The notes under the pieces are model-generated. The model did no database searches. It saw only the letters and a list, made by a program, of their open reading frames with translations, and was not told the origin of the DNA. The translations under genes were made by a program, and so were the position numbers. Shown here in pieces: positions 54,640 to 64,000 of a stretch of 64,000 nucleotides of DNA. Source of the stretch: the human T2T-CHM13v2.0 reference genome, Homo sapiens; the NCBI RefSeq assembly GCF_009914755.1, contig NC_060928.1, one strand, 5' to 3'. How positions within the stretch are numbered: the first letter of the stretch is position 1; each line of letters begins with the position of its first letter.

Positions 54640-55865
54640 AATAGTTAATACAATACAAAAACAAGTCACATACTGGAAGAAAATATTTCCAAAACACATA
54701 TGTAACAAGCTAATACAATACAAAAACAAGTCACATACTGGAAGAAAATATTTCCAAAACACATATGTGACAAAGGACTTGAATCCAAAATATACAAAGA
54801 ACTCTTAAAACTCAATAATAAGAAAAGAACAAGCCAGTTAAAAGGTGGGCAAATATCTGAAAAAACAGTTCACCAAAGAAAATATACAGATAGAAATAAA
54901 CATGAAAAAATATCAGCATCATGTGTCATTAAGTATTTGCAAGTTAAAACAATGAGATACCATTACACACCTATTAGAATGGCTAAAACTCCAAACACTG
55001 ATCATACCAAGTGTTAATGACAATGTAGAGCAACAGAGACTCTCATTCATTGCTGGTGGAAATGCAAAATCCTATGGATAACTTGGGAAGACAATCTGGC
55101 AGTTTCTTACGAAGCTAAACATAGTCTTACCATATGATCTAGCACTTGTTCTCTTAGGTATTTACCCAAATAAACTAAAAGCATAAATCCACACAAAAAC
55201 CTACACTTCGATGTTTAGAGTAGCTTTATTATTGATTGCCAAAAAATTGGAAGCAAGCAACATATCCTTCAACAGGAGAATGAATAAACAAATTGAGGTA
55301 TATTGATACAATGGAATATTATTTCAAGATAAAACAAAATGAGCTGTCAAACCAAAAAATACATGGGCGAAATCCTAAATGGGTATTTGCTAAGTTAAAG
55401 TGTTAATTTTGACAATGATACACACTGTATAATTCCACTATAAGACATTCCAGAATTCCAGAAAAGGCAAATGTACAGAGACAGTAAAAATATCAGTGGA
55501 AAAATGTCAGTTGTTACCAGGGATTGGGAGGAGAGAGGAAAGGATGAGTAGATGTGGGGAAAAGGGATGTTTAACTCAGTACAAGTATTCTGCATACTGT
55601 GATGGTGAATACATAATATTGGTCACTTGTCAAAACCCATAGAATTGTACAGCACAGAAAGTAAATGTTTATGTAAACTATAGACTTTAGTTAAAAATAT
55701 TACACCAATACTGCTTCATCTATTGTAATAAACGTACCACACTAATGCAAAGTGTTGATAATAGGAAAAACTGGGTAGGAGATTATATGTAAACTCTGTA
55801 CTTTATGCTCAGTTATTTTTGTAAACCTAAAAATGCCCCCAAAATACAGTCTAATAATTAAAACA
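54640..55865 (+). mobile_element. L1MC (L1MC2-like) 3' end
   Basis: ORF2 C-terminal remnants, then atgtaaactatagactttagtt..cacactaatgcaa..tgtaaacctaaaa. Confidence 0.85.
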
Positions 55866-55869
55866 CAAC

Positions 55870-56440
55870 CCACAAAAATAAAATAATGGTATTTTAAATC
55901 TAGGTAAAACAATTTAGGACACTACATATTATATTTCCTCTCGTAGATATTCAAAATTGCATTTCTATATTAAAAGTTGAGAGGATCTGAGTAAAGAAAT
56001 ATGTTTAAGGCTGGATGCAGTGGCTCACACCTGTAATCCCAGCACTTCGGGAGGCTTGAAGCAGGAGATCACTGGAGCCCAGGAGTTTGAGAGCAGACTG
56101 GGCAACATGGTGAAACCCCACTGCTACAAAAAGATAAAAAAAAAAAAATTACCCAGGCCTGGTGGCCCATGTGTGTAGTCCCAGCTACTGGGCAGGCTGA
56201 AGTGGGAGGATGGGTTGAGCCCAGAAGGTTGAGACTGCAGTAATCCTCTGCACTCCAGCCTGGGTGACAGAGCGAGACTCTGCCTCAAAAAAGAAAAAAA
56301 AAAAAAAAAGAAAGAAAGAAATATGTTTAACTATTTTTAACCCCATGTTTTCCAAACGTTTTTGGTTACTGACTGAACCCCTTTATCCCCTAATAATCTC
56401 TATTAATATTCTGTGGGACACATTTTAGGGACTGCTACAC
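55870..56440. mobile_element. hAT-Charlie (Charlie4-like) non-autonomous element split by an AluJ
   Basis: catattatatttcctctc..tattaaaag..gagtaaagaaa [Alu] tgtttaac..ttttccaaac..ctattaatattctgtgggacacattttagggactgct resembles my recollection of the consensus. Confidence 0.5.
56009..56314 (+). mobile_element. AluJ
   Basis: gagcccaggagtttgag; perfect 16-bp TSD aaagaaatatgtttaa (55993-56008 / 56315-56330). Confidence 0.95.
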
Positions 56441-56847
56441 TGGACATTTCCAGTTTCCCTTAAGCTACCTTCCAAAATTCTTTGGCTTGCTGGTATGATT
56501 ATTTTTCCTTTACTTAAGTGTATACTTAAATATAAGCAAATATACATATATTTGCTTATATTTAATCATATATTAAATATAAGTATATATACTTAATATA
56601 TGCTTAAATATATATAAGTATATATGCTTATATTTAAATATAAGCTAATATATGTGTATTTGCTTATATTTAAATATATGCTTAAGTAAAGGAGAAGTAA
56701 TCATACCAGCAGTCTCAATACACAGCACTCTGCTCAAAACCCTATGGTTGTCTTCTATCACCATTTCTCTTTGAAAAATAAGACTAAAATCAGTGTTGAC
56801 CTTCATATTGATGAATGCAAAGGTCACTCCTCAATTCTAATCAGCAC

Positions 56848-57308
56848 TGTATTAGCCAGGGTTCTCTAAAGGGACAGAACTTACAGGATATATGTACATA
56901 TGAAGGGGAGTTTATTGGAAGAATTGACTCACACGATCACAAGGTGAAGTGGCACTGTGTGGGCACAGGCCATCTGCAAGCTCAGGAGCAAGGAAGCCAG
57001 TCCCAGTCCCAAAACCTCAAAAGTAGGGAAGCCGACAGTGCAGCCTTCAGTCTCTGAACAAAGGCCCTAGAACCCCTGGCAAATCACTGGTGTATGTCCA
57101 AGAGTTCAAAAGCTGAAGAACTTGGAGTCTGATGTTCGAGGGCAGGAAGCATCCAGCATGAGAGAAAGATGAAGGCTGGAAGACTCAGCCAGTCTGCTCT
57201 TTCCAGCTTCTGCCTGCTTTATGCTAGCCATGCTGGCAGCTGATTAGATGGTGCCCACCTGGATTGAGGGTGGGTCGGCCTCTCCCAGTCCACTGACTCA
57301 AATGTTAA
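56848..57308 (-). mobile_element. MLT2A (ERVL) LTR, truncated at one end
   Basis: tgtattagccagggttctctaaagggacagaac..aaaacctcaaaagtagggaagccgacagtgcagcc..ccactgactcaaatgttaa. Confidence 0.92.
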
Positions 57309-58096
57309 ACAGGTTCCTACATAGGGTCAGTCCACTAATATGTGCATCCTACAGGTTTTCTGCTGCACATCTTAGGCAAAATGATTATTTTGTGATTATT
57401 TGACTAATGTCTATTTTCACTGACACACTGGAATCCATTTGGCAAAGGTTTATATACCATTCTATGATTTGCTTACCCTGCTTAAAGCGGAACGCCTGGC
57501 TCAGTTTTCAGCAAATACTTGTTGAATTAATTAATGAAATTCTATGTCATAAATTCAGTACATATATGTGTGCCAATCACATTAGCTTGAGGAAAGAGGT
57601 TGATTCCATGAGGAACCAACATAGTGTAGGCAAAGAGCAGAAAATAATTAGTAGCTATCCTCTCAGGCTGGAAAGAGTAGGCCAAGAAAGCAAAATTTAG
57701 AAAAAACATTAGAATCCAATTAGAAAAATCACAGGTGATTAAAAAATAAAAGGCAAAAACAGGCTTTATTCCTTCTTTGCATACAACTCTGGTAGTATAA
57801 GATAACAGCTGATAATACATTGAGGACTACAGTGTTAACACCAGGATGGTAATAATAGTATCTAGCATGAAAGGCTAGATAAGGCCATTGCAAAATTACA
57901 TAAATAAACACAAGTAAAGCAGTTAGAAGAATCCCTGGCAAATAATCAGCTCACTATAAGTAATAGCAGTTTTAGAAGGTTCAGTTGACAGTAGGTAGTC
58001 CCACTAATTTCATTTTATTATATCTTCAGAAAGTTGATGTTTACTTACTGAAAAAGAAAAAAAAGTGGGAGGAGATGATAATATGGAAAAGCCATT

Positions 58097-58153
58097 TGTA
58101 TTTGTCGGGGTTCTCTGGAGAAAAAGAATTACGTGTGTGTGTGTGTGTGTATA

Positions 58154-58211
<58 letters not shown>

Positions 58212-58268
58212 TGAGTACAAAAAAACTACCTATCAGGTACTACCTATCAGCTATACGTGTACCTGTAC

Positions 58269-58300
<32 letters not shown>
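58097..58300. repeat. (TG)n(TA)n and (TATATG)n microsatellites, probably seeded in an MLT2 terminal fragment
   Basis: tgtatttgtcggggttctctggagaaa followed by dinucleotide runs. Confidence 0.85.
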
Positions 58301-58304
58301 CTGT

Positions 58305-58450
58305 TCATATTTTTCAGATGAGGAAACTGAAGATCAATCAAGAAATTAATTATTTTATTCCAGTTCAGGAAAGCAGTGAGTGGAAGAGCTGAGATTTAAC
58401 TCAAGAGTAGTTGGCAAAGTTTTTCCAGCTATTTCCATTATACCATACTA
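58305..58450 (-). mobile_element. MIR
   Basis: Core ttttcagatgaggaaactgaag..gagctgagatttaactcaag. Confidence 0.8.
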
Positions 58451-58914
58451 TTTTCCTTATAATTTATCAGCTTCCCAAAAGCAAAGATTCCTTAAAATTT
58501 AAAGATATTATATTCCAATCAACATTTTCAAAAATTTTCATCTTTACTCACTTTTTTCTTTCACAAAATATGGCATGTGTTTCAGATCCAGAGGTCAGGT
58601 TTCTACTTCCAAAGACGTGAGACCTCCTTTTCCAAGTTCCCTGTGTTCCTGCAAGTGTTGTTTTCTATGACCATGTGCTCAGCCATACATAAAGCAATGA
58701 TTATTCAGAAGGTTTGCAGATTTGAAAATTATGTAATGACTCTGGGATTTCTGTTTTCTAAGTAAGAAAATTGGCATTGTGTTGTTTATACTTAATTCAA
58801 AGGCAGCTTATCTGCATTTTTATTAAGGAAATAAATTAACTATTTTTGGAAAAAAAGAGGCAAGAATTATGATGTCTCTTAGCATTTAATATAATCTGAG
58901 AACTTTTTGTTCTC

Positions 58915-59050
58915 AGGTTAAAAACAAAGACCTTGAAACCAGTCTATCTGGATTCACATCCCAGCTCTGTCCCTGTCTAGCCAAGTGACCCCAGGCACTT
59001 AATATGTATGTCCCTGGAACATAGTAAGCTTTCAATAAATATTAGCAGCT
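58915..59050 (+). mobile_element. MIR with internal deletion
   Basis: ctggattcacatcccagctctg..gtgacc joined to cctggaacatagtaagctttcaataaatattagc. Confidence 0.7.
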
Positions 59051-59204
59051 TTTACTGTTATTTTTATGTTTCTCAAACGTCAAATTTGTTCTGACATTGT
59101 GGCCTTCTTAAAAAGAGAAAGACTCTGAATGCTGAAGCAAAACCAGAAGCTACCACACAATACCAGGTATTATACAATTTAAAAGCAACAGGTTAAAAGA
59201 GGCA

Positions 59205-59460
59205 AATCCGTGTAAAATGGTATTTAACTTTGGTGTATGTAACCCTCTTTATTTTCCCAGTCCCTTTACATACTTCCGGGCAGAGACCTCGGTGGAGGGG
59301 TGGAGTGGGGCGCTGGTTTCAGCGGGGATTGACAATTAGAACAGCTTATTAAACTAAGCAAGGACCTGGGTTGAGTGGATAATGGAAACTGAAAGGTGAC
59401 GTGAAAAATTGCCTATTACACACTGGAGGTGAAGGACAATTTCATATTTCATGGAAATAA
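59205..59460. promoter_or_regulatory. Candidate promoter/enhancer patch (ETS, GC-box, IRF-like and CRE-like motifs; CpG-retaining)
   Basis: ACTTCCGG (59272-59279), G-rich GC-box-like ggaggggtggagtggggcg, GGAAACTGAAAG (~59384-59395), TGACGT (59397-59402); 6 CpGs in ~200 bp against a depleted background. Motif-level evidence only. Confidence 0.4.
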
Positions 59461-59465
59461 AGTCA

Positions 59466-59854
<389 letters not shown>

Positions 59855-60937
59855 TCACATATGTAATGACTTCACTGTTTAGTCTATGTTTTTAAGTTGC
59901 TTTGAGTTTTTAATCTATGGTTCTCTAATGTATAACTTAATTCAGATTTAGCAAAAAGATTAGAAATGTTGGGCTGAATTCTGACATCGATGTTCACTTT
60001 GCAGTGATCATCTCACATTATACATTAAGTATATGATGGTTAAATTAATATCCCACTGGGATGAAAAAAATTCCTCCTCTGAAACCTGAACATATCATAA
60101 AAATTGGATCTACAATAGTAAAAAGTTTGTTAAACATTTAAAAACTCAATGTTCATTATTAATTGTCTGTTTTACTTGACTAGTGTGGATCCTAATGAAA
60201 TAAATTGATGTAAAAGTGCATCATAGGCTCTTCAATAATTTTTGTAATTATTTAATTATAATTAATGCATCATTAAAATGTGACTGATAACAATTCGATA
60301 TAAATTGTCAGATATTATTAATTAACCTGATATTCATTATACTTGCATTGATCATGTTATTGTAGATATAAAATATTCTTTTAGGGATATACATTAGTTA
60401 TTCTGAATGAACTGCAGCACTTTAATAGTTCCATTCTATAAAAGTACATAATTAATAGTTTTTCTTCTCTTGGAATATATGTGCCCATCAATGAATGGAC
60501 ATAAATTTTTTATCACATTTGTATCTCTTTAAATAGTCTTAGAGTAGAACTAATGTCATTAGCATTCATTAACTTGTACTGGGTTCTTTATAGTGGTCTT
60601 GCTGAGAATGAACTTCGGTTCACACATTTTAGATAGAGTTTGTTCATCTTTTATTGAAAGATTATGATTCCTTCCTAAATTGGCTATAGGCTTTTCATTA
60701 TGATTGCAAATAAGCTCAAAGCCATGCTTAAAATGTATTACATGCATGTGGCTTAAATATTTGTATTTTCGTTGTTCATTTTTTTGATAATTGTAATTTA
60801 AAATGATTTTTTACATGTCTATACGTTGGCAGCTAAACCACAACATAATTTCAACTCCATATATTTATAAATTTTTATCTCAAATATTTTTTCATCAAAA
60901 ACACAGCCACAGCTTACATTACATATTTAAATATTAT

Positions 60938-61219
60938 GGCTGTGAGCAGTGGCTCATGCCTGCAATCCTAGCACTTTGGGAGGCTGAGGAGGGCAGATTG
61001 CCTGAGCTCAGGAGTTCGAGACCACCCTGGGTGACATGGTGAAACCCCGTCTCTACTAAATACAAAAAATTAGCTGGGCATGGCGACGTGTGCCTGTAGT
61101 CCCAGCTACAGGCTGAGGCAGGAGAATTGCTTGAATACGGGAGGCAGAGGTTGCAGTGAGCCAAGATCACGCCATTGCACTCCAGCCTGGGTGACAGAGG
61201 GAGACTCCGTCTCCAAAAA

Positions 61220-61262
<43 letters not shown>
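60938..61262 (+). mobile_element. AluS with (TAAA)n tail
   Basis: Full dimer followed by a tetranucleotide tail at ~61217-61262. Confidence 0.94.
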
Positions 61263-61314
61263 AATTAAACCAAAATATGTGAGTATATTTTTATATTTAA
61301 TATATAGTTACATG

Positions 61315-61460
61315 GCAGATTAGTTTTCTGGGGCTGCTGTAACAAAGTACCACAAATTCAGTGACTTAAAATAACAAATTTACTCGCCCAGAGATCTGGG
61401 TACTAGAAATTTGAAATCAAGTTGTAGGTAAGGTTAATCCTTAAGAGAGCTTTGAGGTTT
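61315..61460 (-). mobile_element. MLT1 LTR fragment
   Basis: tagttttctggggctgctgtaacaaagtaccacaaa..gacttaaaataacaaattta..gaaatcaag. Confidence 0.8.
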
Positions 61461-61479
61461 GGCCTTATTCCTTTTTTTT

Positions 61480-61640
61480 TGCACAATCCCATGAGAAAAA
61501 TAATTGCTATCATCTTCATTGTTAGGAGAAGGACATTGAAATATAGAGAAGCTAATGGCCTAACTAAGGTCTTGTAGCAAAATAAATGATAGAGTCAGGA
61601 CTTGAAGCCACAGTTGGGCTCCAGAGTTCATGCTAGAAGG
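61480..61640 (-). mobile_element. MIR
   Basis: cacaatcccatgag..gctatcatcttcattgtta..agagtcaggacttgaagc..ggctccagag. Confidence 0.65.
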
Positions 61641-62287
61641 TCAAAGTATTAGGAGTAGGAAGAGGTGTTAGAATGACATTTAAAGTATGATTATGAATGC
61701 CTGATGTTCTATCAATTAACATTTTTCAGATGGAAAAAGTAAATATTCTCATCTCAATAGGTCCAAAGGCATTGAGAATATAAATTTAGTTTTACATATA
61801 TTATGTACATATTGTATATTTTATATAACATTTTATGCATATATAACATCATATATGTATGATATATGGTATACATACATAATACATAAAGAGACCTAAA
61901 TTTATATTCTCAATTTTGTATGATTATATGTATATATAAACAACACAAATATTTATATTGATAAAGAACACATGGGGGAAAATGAAGTACACAAGTAAAG
62001 TACAGAAACTAAATTTTCTCAAACCAATCAACATGTATCCATCAAGTAGAAATATAATATGTATAGATGATCTTCCAAAAGCAATGCATTTTTATTTTTG
62101 TAATATATAGCAAAGTACTGAAGTTGTTACCTTAAAGCAATCAAATGGAGTGACTTGAGCTGATGTTCTAAAGCAATCAAATGTTTTTAAAAAAGAACCA
62201 ATGCTCAAATATATTGTTTCCAAATCTTATGTATATACATTATTAAGATTAAAAAGAGTTCTCAGTAAAGCCTATTAAAATACGTCA

Positions 62288-62434
<147 letters not shown>

Positions 62435-62870
62435 CTATATTAGTTCAATAAAGTTTTAAGGTTAAGGAATTTTTTTTTCTGGTAATTTGTTTGCTAGTAC
62501 TTTTCCCATTACATCATTAACCCCTTATTAAAGTTTGATAGTCATTCCAACCAACTAACCCTATATAAACAAGAAATCAAATCAAAAGAAATTGAAAGAG
62601 TTTGCAATAATATTGATGAAGAAACTGTATTTCCCAATCTCCAAAATCTTAATATTTTGTGATGCTCTTTTTCTTGTAAGCATATCTCTAATATTTTCAT
62701 ATTCATCTCAATCTATGTTCTTTCTTTTAACATACTTTATAAGCTATATTAATCTAAATTCTAATAAAAGCAGTTTTTAAAGCTATCTAGTGGTTTCAAT
62801 ACCAACAATGCGTTGAAACAAATTTTCTAAAAGACTCCTGAATAGAAAGTGTTTTGACACAGGAAGTCTT

Positions 62871-62871
<1 letters not shown>

Positions 62872-62902
<31 letters not shown>
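62872..62902. repeat. (CA)n microsatellite
   Basis: Directly visible. Confidence 0.95.
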
Positions 62903-62905
<3 letters not shown>

Positions 62906-63039
62906 TTGCCAAAAATGGACAGCGTTTACTTCCTTACAAATGCCCTTTTATTTCTAAACAAAAACACTATTTGCCTGGTTCCTATAAACATGTCATCACA
63001 ACAGGTCCTGACAGGACAATAATCCACCCTCTCTTATAT

Positions 63040-63650
63040 AGTGGAAAAAAATTATTGAACTCTAATTGAAAGAGGGGAAAACTAACATAGGTTATATACA
63101 AAAGCTCTCCAACAATATTAAAGTAGAAACTTAGTCAAATACTCTGTAATATCAGAAACAAGAATAACCACTATTACCGTTCCTGTGTTGCATAAGACAA
63201 GATAACATCGTTAATATACTAAGATAAGAAAGCCCAAAAATACTAATAAAATGTAAAGATAAAATGAAAGGTCCTCATCATTTGCCTATGGTATGATTAT
63301 ATACATAGAAATAGAAAATGGACACATTAACAAATTATTAACATTAAAAATGAAACATCAAACATAAAAATCAACTGCATTTCTGCACACCATATATAAT
63401 CAGTCAAATACATAGCAGAAAATAAGATAGTATTTGCAGAAGTAACAAAATTATAAAGATCTATTAGGAAGCATAAAGAACATAAAAAATGGAATTCCAC
63501 ACTTTGCCTTTAAATGGAATAATTTAACATTTTAGTAACTGATATTTTCAAAATTGATTGATTTGTTCAAAAATTCGGTGCTGACAATCTAAATCTCTAA
63601 AGATGTTTTTCCAAAACTTGACAAATCCTATTTATAAATGTATTAGGTAA
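63040..63650 (+). mobile_element. Very old L1M ORF2 (RT region) fragment
   Basis: tcatttgcctatggtatgattatatacatagaaa translates as SFAYGMIIYIE (decayed FADDM motif); aaaatcaactgcatttctg. Confidence 0.65.
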
Positions 63651-63739
63651 GGATACATTCTATAAGCAGTTAAATCAGTTACACATGGAAACTAGAACAG
63701 CCTTCCCGCTGCATGAGGACATTTTTAGATTATACTTCC

Positions 63740-64000
63740 TGTTATGATTAATATTGAGTGTCAACTTGATGGGATTGAAGGATGTGAATTATCATTCCTG
63801 GGTGTGTCTGTGAGGGTGTTGCCAAAGGAGATTAACATGTGAGTCAGTGGTCTTGGAGAGGCAGACCCACCCTCAATCTGGGTGGGCACAATCTAATCAA
63901 CTGCCAGCATGGCTAGCATAAAGCAGGTAGAAGAAGTTGGAAAGAGCAGACTGGCTGAGTCTTCTGGCCTTCTTCTTTCCCCGTGCTGGATGTTTCCTGA
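63740..64000 (+). mobile_element. MLT2A (ERVL) LTR running off the window end
   Basis: tgttatgattaatattgagtgtcaacttgat..gtgagggtgttgccaaaggagattaac..acccaccctcaatctgggtggg. Confidence 0.92.

Noticed and set aside
57985-58392. 135-aa ORF with YI/CI runs
   Set aside because: Read-through of (TG)(TA) microsatellites and a MIR.
59270-59290. atacttccgggcag resembling the U1 snRNA 5' end
   Set aside because: Similarity stops after ~14 nt; no U1 body or Sm site.

Overview
AT-rich, CpG-depleted primate (human-like) genomic DNA from a LINE-dense intergenic or deep-intronic region. I find no credible protein-coding exon, RNA gene or CRISPR array. Every long ORF in the track is a decayed L1, MaLR or Alu fragment, or a microsatellite read-through. 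Roughly two thirds of the window (estimated by eye) is interspersed repeat, arranged as two four-level nests with readable target-site duplications (TSDs). Nest 1: old L1M > near-full-length MER82-type Tigger DNA transposon with a decayed DDE transposase > L1PA13-16 3' end > full-length THE1 MaLR provirus. Nest 2: full-length L1MA4-like (-) > full-length L1MA2-like (+) > L1PA12/13-like (+) > AluS, plus an ERV1 solo LTR, an AluY and a 5'-inverted L1PA5/6. Features not explained by repeat consensus include fold-back or templated insertions at L1 deletion junctions, several perfect inverted repeats around TA-rich spacers, a recent 65-bp tandem duplication, and a small CpG-retaining promoter-like patch near 59.2-59.8 kb. 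Subfamily names come from remembered consensus sequences and need RepeatMasker/Dfam confirmation. I see no evidence for a wholly new biological system.
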